Shown: positions 29,417 through 38,252 of the stretch, piece after piece | How the letters are laid out: every line of letters starts with the position of its first letter | How positions within the stretch are numbered: the first letter of the stretch is position 1 | NCBI GenBank assembly: GCA_035623825.1 | Contig: DASPSR010000042.1 | Location: 11,669-75,668 of the forward strand | DNA: 64,000 nucleotides | Direction: 5' to 3' | Origin: Nitrospirota bacterium | GTDB taxonomy: Bacteria > Nitrospirota > UBA9217 | Made by a program: the position numbers and the translations under genes | The notes under the pieces: model-generated | What the model was told of the DNA's origin: nothing | Database searches by the model: none | Seen by the model: only the letters and a program-made list of their open reading frames with translations

Positions 29417-31504
29417 TTACATCCTGAATTTCTGGATCTCATTCTTGAGCGAACCAGCCTGGTCGGCCATAATTTCCACGGCACTGTTGAGCCCAGCAGC
29501 CTGACTTGCATTTTCCTTGGCTATTTGCTTGATGCGCTCGATTGCCTTTACGATCATATTGCTGCCGGTCTGCACCTCACCTGTCGCTCTGTTCACCAGA
29601 GTGATCTTTGCGCTCATGTTCTCGACCGCCGCCGTGATGTCTTTCCCGGCCTTTGCCTGCCCTTCTGTTGATGTTCTGACAAATCGCGTGATCTCGCTCA
29701 TTTTCTCGGATGCCCGCGCAATCTGCTCACTGGCCGATTTCTGCTCATTAGCGGCCTTGGCGATCTGGAGGGTCATCCCGCTGATCCGTTCGACGGCTTC
29801 GCTTACCTGCCTGATGCTCCGCACTTGTTCTGCAGCCGCGCGGTTGATGCTCCTGCTCATGTCACGAGACTGGTCCGCCCGTTCCAGGATCTTTCGAAGT
29901 GTCTGACCCGCATCCTTGGAAAGCCGCATTCCCTCTTCCACGATAGCGACCCCTTCCTGCATGACTCCGGCGGCTACTTTGGATTCTTCCTGCACAGAAG
30001 CAATGAGATTGCCGATTTCCTGTGTTGATGCGGCCGTACGGTTCGATAGGTCGCGTATTTCCGCAGCCACCACCGAAAAACCCTTGCCGTGCTCTCCCGC
30101 CTGTGCCGCGAGGATCGCGGCATTCAGGGCAAGAAGGCCTGTCTGATCCGTAATATCCTCAATGACAGTAAGAATGCTCCCGATACTCTCGACGCGACCG
30201 ACGAGACGGTTCACCACATCGGCGGTCCGCCGCGCTGCTGCATCGATTCTGCCCATGCCCTCGATGGTCTTGTCGATAGAGTGCATGCCAAGTTGCTGGG
30301 CATCAGAGGCAACCGCCTCCGAAAGAGCAAGAGACTGTCTTGCGGTCTCCTCGACCTCTTTTACCGATGTGCTAATCTCGGACGATGACGCCGCTGTATC
30401 CGCTGCAGCAGCTGAAAGCAACTCGACGTTTCCAGCGATCTGCCGGATCGCGACGGACATCTGGGCTATAGCCGAAGTTGTTTCCTCGATAGATGCCGAA
30501 AGTTCGTGCATAGTCCGTGCCACCTCGTCCACAGAGGCGACCGTTTCGATCACGGATGAGGAGGTCTGCGTCGACGTTGCAAACAGGTCTTGAGCGGTTC
30601 CTGCGATTTCCTTGAGGGCAAAATGCATCTCGTTTACAGATGATGCCGCCTCGTCGACGGACTCGGCCTGCGTGCGGCTCCCGGTTGCTATCCGGGCGGA
30701 AGCTCCCTTGACTTCGGTTGAGACCGACTCCACATTCATCGCTGCCTGCTGTACATTTCCGATCATGCCCTTGAGTCCGGTGATCATGCGATTTAGTCCC
30801 CTCCCGAGCATCCCGAATTCGTCATGGGATGCGATGCGTACGCTCTGCGTGAGGTCTCCGGCGGCGATGTTCGATGCCACGGACACCGCTTCCTTCGTCG
30901 GCACAACGATCATCTTCCGCGCCATCATATAGACCATCGCAGCCAACGCGAGCACGATCGCAACGCTCGTTCCGAGCAGCAGGAATACTATTCCTCGGAC
31001 GTTCTGCTTCGCCCCAGTCCTCGAGAACCCCATCCAGACCGTGCCTAGCTTGGTTTCTCCGGTCTTGATGTCGACCGGGATTTCAAGGACATCGAACTGC
31101 GCCTTCACCTTGGCTGCAAGTGCGGGCGCGCTGTCCGATGTGTTCTGCAAGAGGAATTCATGCAGTTCGGGATTCTCCCGGTTGAAACTGGTTACGACAT
31201 TGTTCAAGACCGCGTCCGACGAATCCGTAACATAGGTGTAAAGCATATCCTGAGTTTTGACCGCATCGGCAACAAGGCTTTCAAGCTTTTTCATGTCTTT
31301 CTGGAGAATTGGGTCCGTTACTGCCTTGCCGAGGAACATTCCCAGATCCTTCCCGTGCGTCTCGATATGCCGGTACTGATCGGCTGACATGGTCCGGGCT
31401 ACAAAGGCCGTGCCCAGAACCATAAGCGCAAGAATAACACCGGTGATTACGACGGCGAGCTTTAAGCCCATGCTTGCCTCGATCTTTTCCTTCAGATCCA
31501 GCAT
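29417..31504 (-). CDS. Methyl-accepting chemotaxis protein with a periplasmic sensor domain, HAMP, and a long methyl-accepting signalling domain
   Basis: TM1, a periplasmic region of about 140 aa, TM2, HAMP, then the MA domain (LLALNAAILAAQAGEHGKGFSVVAAEIR). Confidence 0.9.
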   Translation of the reverse strand: MLDLKEKIEASMGLKLAVVITGVILALMVLGTAFVARTMSADQYRHIETHGKDLGMFLGKAVTDPILQKDMKKLESLVADAVKTQDMLYTYVTDSSDAVLNNVVTSFNRENPELHEFLLQNTSDSAPALAAKVKAQFDVLEIPVDIKTGETKLGTVWMGFSRTGAKQNVRGIVFLLLGTSVAIVLALAAMVYMMARKMIVVPTKEAVSVASNIAAGDLTQSVRIASHDEFGMLGRGLNRMITGLKGMIGNVQQAAMNVESVSTEVKGASARIATGSRTQAESVDEAASSVNEMHFALKEIAGTAQDLFATSTQTSSSVIETVASVDEVARTMHELSASIEETTSAIAQMSVAIRQIAGNVELLSAAAADTAASSSEISTSVKEVEETARQSLALSEAVASDAQQLGMHSIDKTIEGMGRIDAAARRTADVVNRLVGRVESIGSILTVIEDITDQTGLLALNAAILAAQAGEHGKGFSVVAAEIRDLSNRTAASTQEIGNLIASVQEESKVAAGVMQEGVAIVEEGMRLSKDAGQTLRKILERADQSRDMSRSINRAAAEQVRSIRQVSEAVERISGMTLQIAKAANEQKSASEQIARASEKMSEITRFVRTSTEGQAKAGKDITAAVENMSAKITLVNRATGEVQTGSNMIVKAIERIKQIAKENASQAAGLNSAVEIMADQAGSLKNEIQKFRM

Positions 31505-32097
31505 CAGATCCTCCCGAGTGCACGCACCGCATGAAGCGGGCCCGTCACGTTCCTCATCTCATGATTTCCGCGCGCATACCTCATGCGCTCTGGACGGCTG
31601 ACAATCCGAGATACTGACAGTCTGAGAAAGAGTATAAGAATGATAAAAATGGCGGGATACTCGAACAGGGCGCCCGCTGCATAGGCCGCAGGCTTGCTGT
31701 CGAGATCGGCGGGGTATACGGAGATGCGGTTTTCTCCCGGCCTTCTCTGGTCCAGAGAGATCGGAAGCGGCCCAATCGTGATGCGTTTGTCGGCGAGAAC
31801 TGGCTTTCCGATATGACCGAGCGATTTCCTGCTGATGTCGGTTACTGTCAGCTCCTGAGCATCGGGCCGAGACAGAAAATTTTGATCCATGATGTCTTTC
31901 CCGCTGAGGTTCGTCATCAGCAGATACGGCGCGGCACGCTCAGGTATGAGCTTAAAGAACTGTTCCCCATTGATCCGGGTATTTGCCAGAATATTCCGTG
32001 TCTCCGCGAAATACCGGCCAGTCCCGATCAGGCTCATGGTCACAAAAAGCCCCGAAACGGTCAGAAAAATGATGCTTTGTCGAACACCAATCTGCAT
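31504..32097 (-). CDS. Small two-TM membrane protein with a ~120-aa periplasmic domain, translationally coupled (ATGA overlap) to the downstream MCP
   Basis: N-terminal TM (IIFLTVSGLFVTMSLIG), a periplasmic segment, a second TM (YPAIFIILILFL) and a short tail. Its stop TGA overlaps the MCP ATG at 31502-31506. Confidence 0.5.
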   Translation of the reverse strand: MQIGVRQSIIFLTVSGLFVTMSLIGTGRYFAETRNILANTRINGEQFFKLIPERAAPYLLMTNLSGKDIMDQNFLSRPDAQELTVTDISRKSLGHIGKPVLADKRITIGPLPISLDQRRPGENRISVYPADLDSKPAAYAAGALFEYPAIFIILILFLRLSVSRIVSRPERMRYARGNHEMRNVTGPLHAVRALGRI

Positions 32098-32201
32098 ACG
32101 CTATCTCTGTTGATCCTCGCAACGAAGTACAGGAGTCAGACATATCACGATGAGTCATGCTTTCTCGGGGCTGCTGTTGTTATCGATCTCTAAAGTCCCT
32201 C

Positions 32202-34295
32202 TTAAAACTTGAAACCTTGCAACTCCGCCTGGAGCGCATCTGCCCGCGACTTCAGCGTCTGCGCTGCCATATCCATCTCGACCGACACATCGACGTTTTC
32301 CCGGGTGATATTCTGGATGCGGTTGACCGCGTTGCTAATCTGCTGCGCCCCGACGCTCTGTTCTGATGTGGAGCGAGCGACCTGGGTGGCCTGCGTCTTC
32401 ACTGAATCGATGGTATTGGCAATATGCCTGCTTCCAGTGGTCTGTTCTTGGATTGCTATCTTCATCTGCCGGGTGATGTCACGCATCTTTTCCGAGGCGT
32501 TAGCTATCCGCTCGCTACCTCTCCGCTGCTCTTGCATTGCGCCTGCGATCTGCTCGATCTGGCTTGCGATACTGACAGCGGCCTCCGTGATCTGGGAAAT
32601 ACCCCTGGTCTGTTCCGCTGTCGTCCTCTCAATGGCACGGGCCATGTCCGCTGACTGCTTCGAGCTGTCCGAAACCTGCTGCAGCACGTCGCTGGTCACG
32701 TGCACGAGAGCGGAGCCGGTCTCAACGGCCTTGAGACCTCTATCCATGGCCTGCATGCTTTGTTCCGTTTCTTCCCGCACAGCGACGATCAGGCTCGTGA
32801 TCTCCTGGGTCGAGGCCGCGGTGCGCTCGGCCAGGTCCTTGATCTCTTCGGCCACCACCGCGAATCCTTTCCCGTGTTCTCCAGCCTGAGCAGCGAGAAT
32901 AGCGGCATTCAACGCGAGGAGGCTCGTCTGATCCGTTACTTCGTCAATGACCTTCAATATCTGGCCGATCTCTTGGGAGCGTTTGCCGAGGCGGTTTACC
33001 ACGTCCGCTGTCGCCTCGACAGTTTCCTTGATGTTGTTCATCCCCCGTATCGCCTCTTTTGCCGCGTTCATCCCGCGGTCCGAGGCCTCTGTCGAGACCC
33101 GTTCCGCCAGCTGGGCAGCTTCCAAAGCGCGTTGTTCGACTTCTTTCACCGTGGAACTCATCTCAGTGATGGACGACGACGTCTGTTCCGCTGATGCTGA
33201 GAGCGTCTCCGTATTTTCAGACACCTGTTTAATGGAAGCAAGCATCTGCTCGATGGACGACGCCGTGTCCTCGGCCGCCGCGGAGAGTACGCCAGCGTTT
33301 TTTGCCACCTCTTCGACCGATGAGGCCATTTCCGACGCTGACGATGAGACATCCGTTGCTGCTTGGGACATTTCACTTGCATTTTCCGCGACTCCCTTGA
33401 TCGAGGCGTTCATCTGATTCACGATCGTCGCGGTCTGTTCGGTGGCCTCCTGCTGGACCTTGGCGCCTTCACCCATCTTCACCGTGGCGCTAGTCATGAG
33501 TTTCATGGCGTCGCCCAGGCTCCCGCTCGTCTGCTTGATCTTACCAAGCATCTCCCGCAGGTTCGATGACATCGTGTTGATTGCCGACCCGAGGGACATA
33601 ATCTCGGACCCTCCCGCGGCAGTGATCTCCCGAGAGAGGTCTCCTGCGGCCATCATGGCCGCAGTCTTCGACATATCTGTTATCGGCTGAGTGATTTGCC
33701 TATCAACAAACAGGTTGACTAGAGCCAAGGCCACCAGAAAACTGATGACACCTACCACCAGGGACCACATGAGCAGGCTGTGGACCTGTCTGTTGACCGC
33801 CGACTCTTTCAACGCAATGCGGAAAACCCCGATCTTCTTTCCATCGACACTCATAAGAGGAATGACTTGCTCATAGTGTCCCCCGTGGGCATCTGAATAC
33901 GAATGGACCATGGGCGCTGTTGCCGCGATCGCGTTCCTAGTGGGCTCATCGTTTAACACCGTGCTCTCCATTGTCTTGTCGCTCGAATAGAGCACCTTGC
34001 CATCCGTGTCCAAAACCATGGCCCGCGAGAGGTCCTTGTCTTCATCCGCCAGTCCGCGAAGTTTGTCCCCCATGCCGTCAAGCGCGTTCAGGGGAAGTCC
34101 GAACCCCACGGCCTTGGTAATGTCCTTCTTGATGCCATCGGCAAGAGAAGCGGTCCTGGCGATGAGCGCTTCCTTGTACCTGCTTGTTGCACTATAAATG
34201 TTGATCAGCGTATTGAACGCCAACACCAGCAGGAGGATGCTGGACGTCACAAGCACGGCTCTGTTCTTCAGATTCATTGAGGTTAGTATTTTCAT
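32202..34295 (-). CDS. Methyl-accepting chemotaxis protein (second paralogue)
   Basis: Same architecture as the first MCP; signalling-domain core LLALNAAILAAQAGEHGKGFAVVAEEIK. Confidence 0.9.
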   Translation of the reverse strand: MKILTSMNLKNRAVLVTSSILLLVLAFNTLINIYSATSRYKEALIARTASLADGIKKDITKAVGFGLPLNALDGMGDKLRGLADEDKDLSRAMVLDTDGKVLYSSDKTMESTVLNDEPTRNAIAATAPMVHSYSDAHGGHYEQVIPLMSVDGKKIGVFRIALKESAVNRQVHSLLMWSLVVGVISFLVALALVNLFVDRQITQPITDMSKTAAMMAAGDLSREITAAGGSEIMSLGSAINTMSSNLREMLGKIKQTSGSLGDAMKLMTSATVKMGEGAKVQQEATEQTATIVNQMNASIKGVAENASEMSQAATDVSSSASEMASSVEEVAKNAGVLSAAAEDTASSIEQMLASIKQVSENTETLSASAEQTSSSITEMSSTVKEVEQRALEAAQLAERVSTEASDRGMNAAKEAIRGMNNIKETVEATADVVNRLGKRSQEIGQILKVIDEVTDQTSLLALNAAILAAQAGEHGKGFAVVAEEIKDLAERTAASTQEITSLIVAVREETEQSMQAMDRGLKAVETGSALVHVTSDVLQQVSDSSKQSADMARAIERTTAEQTRGISQITEAAVSIASQIEQIAGAMQEQRRGSERIANASEKMRDITRQMKIAIQEQTTGSRHIANTIDSVKTQATQVARSTSEQSVGAQQISNAVNRIQNITRENVDVSVEMDMAAQTLKSRADALQAELQGFKF

Positions 34296-35221
34296 TTGAT
34301 CACCTTCGTCGCGTCTGTAAGTAGATCGATGGGCACCTTGATTCCCATATCATTCGCTTCCTTGAGGTTCAGCACGAGCTCAACCAGCCGAGGGACCTGC
34401 GGGGGAATGCTCGCTGGGTTTTCGCCTTTGAGAAGACGCGCGACGATATGCGCCGCTGCTTCACCTTGTTCCACAGGGCTCGCCGCGAGCGTCAGGATAA
34501 CCCCCTTCTCAGCTGAACCGCCGGTCTGGCTGATCGTGGGTATCTTGGTTCCATGCGCCGTTTTCACGATGGTATCGATCGCCTCGTTTGCGGCCGCGCT
34601 GACAGATATGAACACTGCATCCGCCTTGCCTGCAAACACAAGCTTTCGGGCATCGTCGACCTTTTTAATCGGCATTCTCACCGTCTGGAATCCGTACTGG
34701 CTCTCAAGCTGAGCCAGCTCATCTGCCTGCTTCATGGAATCGGGTTCCGATTCATTGTAAATAATAGCGACCTTCGTGAAGGGCGTGATTTTTTTCAGGT
34801 ATTTTAACAAGCTTGTCATCGGCACCTTTGAGCTTATGCCCGTCATATTCCTTGCCGAAACACCAACTGATCCCGGATCATAGACGCCTGCATACACGAG
34901 CGGAATATCCTTTGTCTCCTTGATCGATGCGAGTGCCGCCGGCGCGCCGTAGGTCACGAGCACATTGACATCGGCCACCACCAGCTTCCGGGCTGAGTTC
35001 GTCCAGGACATCGGATCGGGCGAGGGCATCTGCAGCACCGTGTCGACCTTTCGGAAGTCGAACCCCTCCTTGGCCAGGGTGCCTACGAAGGTCTTATGCA
35101 CTTCCTGATAGTACCCGACGTTCCCGGACATGATCACGCCTACGGTCTTGTCCGCCGCCTCGACCGTCGCTGCGCAGCACACCAGCGTAATCGTTAATAA
35201 CCAGTTTAGTCGTCTCATCAT
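34292..35221 (-). CDS. Periplasmic substrate-binding protein (ABC_sub_bind / BMP-like family), translationally coupled to the MCP
   Basis: Signal peptide MMRRLNWLLTITLVCCAATVEA and a type-I periplasmic-binding-protein fold. A 4-bp ATGA overlap links it to the MCP start. Confidence 0.7.
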   Translation of the reverse strand: MMRRLNWLLTITLVCCAATVEAADKTVGVIMSGNVGYYQEVHKTFVGTLAKEGFDFRKVDTVLQMPSPDPMSWTNSARKLVVADVNVLVTYGAPAALASIKETKDIPLVYAGVYDPGSVGVSARNMTGISSKVPMTSLLKYLKKITPFTKVAIIYNESEPDSMKQADELAQLESQYGFQTVRMPIKKVDDARKLVFAGKADAVFISVSAAANEAIDTIVKTAHGTKIPTISQTGGSAEKGVILTLAASPVEQGEAAAHIVARLLKGENPASIPPQVPRLVELVLNLKEANDMGIKVPIDLLTDATKVIK

Positions 35222-35228
35222 CCCTCCC

Positions 35229-37187
35229 TTACCATTTCATGGACAGGGTGGCCAATAGAGTTGCAAACTCGCCGTCCTGGGTGTTGTCAATTTTATCGTC
35301 ATACTGCTGATACTGGTAGCGGATCTCTCCGTCCGTGTTCTTGCCGAGCCCCATTTGAACACCGAAAGCATAGACGGTGTCGACGACCCTCATATTCGAT
35401 AACTCAGGGATTCCTCCCACGTTGGTCACGCTGCTCGTCCCTGTAAGGCAGAAATTGCCCCGCGAGTAGCTCCTGCTTCCCGATGCCGTGAGATTCATTC
35501 TATCTATCGGAGAATAAGTCAGTGCAAGTGATCCTACGTGGGCAATGTCTGCGTAAGGGACACCTGGTTCGAGCGACAAAGCGCCTGTCCCGTCTTGAAA
35601 GGTGACGGTCTGATTGACATTGTTTTGGAAGTAGGAGTAGCTCGCCGTGATCGAAGAGCGGTTGCCGACCAAGAGCGTAACGCTGGCAAGGCCCTGATCG
35701 CGTCTGACCTCCCTGCTCCCGCCGGCCAGAGGCGCCACCAGATCATTCCGGCTCTCCCGCACAGTACTGTAACTGAGCAGGGTATTGATCCTCGTCGCAG
35801 GCGTCCAGGTGAGCGATGCCTGTCCAGACTGCGCCCGGTCAGGGTCGGTATCGTAGGCCGGGTTGTTAATCGCCGTATAAGCATAATCCCCGCGGAAGGT
35901 AAGCCTATTCATGATGCGGTACGCAAGTTCTATCCTCGCTGTTCCCTTGGTGGTCTTATCCGGCAGGTCCCAGAATGCCTGGCCGCCTGGAGGAAATGGC
36001 AGAGAGGTCCCAGGAACCCCTACGGAGCGGTCAATCATGTCCAAGACATACTGGCCCTTAAATGTCAGACGGTCGGTTGCCCGGTAACGGATTGTTCCAT
36101 CCACAACGTCCCGTGTCGAAGAGATGGCGTCCCTGACACTGTTCGGGCCACTGACTATGGTGGGGACTGGGGTTATGTTATTGACCATGCTGGGGTTGCT
36201 TTCATCCTTATCGTAGTGCCGATATTTGAGGACGAACATCACGCTGGTCACGGGCAATAACATAAGGTCGCCCCCCGCATTCCAGTATTGCACCTTCGCT
36301 CCGCTGGAGTCATTTTTTGAGTCCCCGTTCGTGACAGTACCCGCAGCAACTACTTTCCCTGAATACATCGTGTGGATCTTCACCGTATCGGACGAGGATT
36401 CAAGAGTGGGAGTTAAATTATGCGGGACCGGATTGGACCCTGGGGCGTACGTGTCGTACAGTACGTTGCTGTCGTACGATGTGAACCGCTTATCCATGTG
36501 GCTGTAATCAACTTCTACCGGTCCGAGGTGGCTGTTCGCGCCAACCGTAACCTCCCGTGTAAACCAATCGATATCCCTGGACTCTGAGATCTTGTTGAGG
36601 CCACCGGAAAATCCGCGCAAGAATATCTGCTGTATGGTCCCTTCCCGCTCGACGGTCCGCAGGTCTGCGTACAGGTGGAAAGGATAGTCCGGCGTCTTAA
36701 AGCGGATGAATCCATTCTCCAGCCTGTTCTCAGCGCCATACATGGCCCCGGGGTTTAAGTCGGTGAAGGTCGGCGTGCCTGGCGGCGCTGGTGCGGGAGG
36801 AAGATTTTCGGTTAAATGATTAAGATTATGGAACATGTCTCTCGCAACCCAGTTAAAGAGCACGATATCCTTGAAGGCGTAATCCGTCTCAACGAAGTAA
36901 TCCTTGGTATTCAAATAATAGGACTCAACTGCAACGCGGTGAGGCAGCGGGTCCCATTCCAGGTCCAGCGCGCCGATGGCAGAAGACCTGAGATAATCAT
37001 ACTCTCCGGCGTGAGCGGGATTCCCTTCCTGATCTATAGTCCGATAGCCCAGGCTGATCCTGCCTTCAAAGGCCTCCAGACGCTCCCCCGCAGCGGTCTC
37101 TGCCGTGCTTGTCCCCGAGGGTTGCTGTGCTAGAACCGGGGAGGCCCAGAGCATCAAAAATGCGATTATGAGAATGGTCTTTTTCAT
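35229..37187 (-). CDS. MtrB/PioB-family outer-membrane beta-barrel porin (porin-cytochrome conduit sheath)
   Basis: Signal peptide MKKTILIIAFLMLWASPVLA. 652 aa with an alternating amphipathic beta-strand pattern rich in Y/T/G/N/D. The C-terminus is ...LSMKW. It lies immediately downstream of two decahaem cytochromes in mtrC-mtrA-mtrB order, and the sizes (644/341/652 aa) match Shewanella MtrC/A/B (671/333/697). Confidence 0.7.
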   Translation of the reverse strand: MKKTILIIAFLMLWASPVLAQQPSGTSTAETAAGERLEAFEGRISLGYRTIDQEGNPAHAGEYDYLRSSAIGALDLEWDPLPHRVAVESYYLNTKDYFVETDYAFKDIVLFNWVARDMFHNLNHLTENLPPAPAPPGTPTFTDLNPGAMYGAENRLENGFIRFKTPDYPFHLYADLRTVEREGTIQQIFLRGFSGGLNKISESRDIDWFTREVTVGANSHLGPVEVDYSHMDKRFTSYDSNVLYDTYAPGSNPVPHNLTPTLESSSDTVKIHTMYSGKVVAAGTVTNGDSKNDSSGAKVQYWNAGGDLMLLPVTSVMFVLKYRHYDKDESNPSMVNNITPVPTIVSGPNSVRDAISSTRDVVDGTIRYRATDRLTFKGQYVLDMIDRSVGVPGTSLPFPPGGQAFWDLPDKTTKGTARIELAYRIMNRLTFRGDYAYTAINNPAYDTDPDRAQSGQASLTWTPATRINTLLSYSTVRESRNDLVAPLAGGSREVRRDQGLASVTLLVGNRSSITASYSYFQNNVNQTVTFQDGTGALSLEPGVPYADIAHVGSLALTYSPIDRMNLTASGSRSYSRGNFCLTGTSSVTNVGGIPELSNMRVVDTVYAFGVQMGLGKNTDGEIRYQYQQYDDKIDNTQDGEFATLLATLSMKW

Positions 37188-37200
37188 TTATGAGCCTCCT

Positions 37201-38226
37201 CTACTGTATGAAATGGCCCTGGCCGCTTGGTGACGGCAGGTCCGAACCGTGTATCTGTGAATGGCAGTCCGTGCACCGCGTATAGAATGCTGTCTTCTGC
37301 GCGGCAGTCGTCGCTGCAGCCGGGGGCGCACTGACGATCGGGTGGGTCGGATGGCACTGCAGGCAGAGGAACGGCTCGCGCAGGAGGAGCAGGTTGCTGT
37401 TCACCGACCCGTGCGGCGTATGGCAGGCGCGGCAATCGTCGGTAAGGTCAGCATGCTCGTACACAAACGGGCCCTGCTTCTCCGCATGGCACTGGGTGCA
37501 GGTTGCCTTCACCGTTTCCCGCCTCAGGTTCCTCTCTCCGCCTCCGCCATGCGGATCGTGGCAGTCGGTGCAGAACACCTTCTTTTCCGGCACGGGATGG
37601 TGGTTCGGCAGGGAGAACGCAGCCTGCACGTCCTGGTGACAGCGCTCGCACATTTCTGCTGTGTCTTTGAGCTTGACCTTGAGGTTGTGTCCTCCGTGGA
37701 TCTTATGGCAGTCGGAACACGACACGTCGGCAACGTTGTGGATGCTCGAATTCCAGTTATGCAGGTTGAACGTCGCGTTGGCCGTATGGCACTTCAGGCA
37801 GATAAGTGATTTTGCCTGGGCGGGCAGGTTCTTGATGTCGATTAGGGTCTTGAAGTCGCAGGCCGTCTTCTTTCCGGCCTTGGCATCGGCAGCGAGCCTC
37901 TGCGGTGTCAGAGGATCTATGGCGAGGCTGCCCGGACCGTGGCAGCTCTCGCAGTTCACCAGCGGCAGACCCGATTCCCTCGAGAGCTGAGCGCCCATGG
38001 TCGAGAGGTCGAAATCGCGCCTCTTCTGGTCGTGCTCGTGGCATGCCTTGAGGCAGTTATCCGTGCCTACATAGTCGGCGTCGAGCCGGCCGGCAATCAT
38101 CTTCTCGTAATCCTTGATCGGGAAAATCGGCCTTGCTTCCTTGAGAGCCGCACATCCAGCGGCAAAGAAGGCGCCGAGAATCCCGATTGCCAGCCATTTC
38201 TTCCATGTGAATAGTCGTTCCATCAT
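37201..38226 (-). CDS. Periplasmic decahaem c-type cytochrome, MtrA/DmsE/PioA-like
   Basis: 341 aa with a signal peptide. There are 9 canonical CxxCH motifs (CESCH, CLKCH, CSDCH, CERCH, CTDCH, CTQCH, CRACH, CLQCH, CTDCH) plus one CxxxCH (CLKACH). Confidence 0.8.
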   Translation of the reverse strand: MMERLFTWKKWLAIGILGAFFAAGCAALKEARPIFPIKDYEKMIAGRLDADYVGTDNCLKACHEHDQKRRDFDLSTMGAQLSRESGLPLVNCESCHGPGSLAIDPLTPQRLAADAKAGKKTACDFKTLIDIKNLPAQAKSLICLKCHTANATFNLHNWNSSIHNVADVSCSDCHKIHGGHNLKVKLKDTAEMCERCHQDVQAAFSLPNHHPVPEKKVFCTDCHDPHGGGGERNLRRETVKATCTQCHAEKQGPFVYEHADLTDDCRACHTPHGSVNSNLLLLREPFLCLQCHPTHPIVSAPPAAATTAAQKTAFYTRCTDCHSQIHGSDLPSPSGQGHFIQ

Positions 38227-38252
38227 CTAGCCTCCTTTACCTAAGCGTTGGG

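Noticed and set aside
37201-38226. Counting CLKACH as a tenth haem site in the MtrA-like cytochrome
   Set aside because: I kept it only as a possible CxxxCH site. There are nine canonical CxxCH motifs. Whether there are nine or ten haems needs alignment to MtrA.
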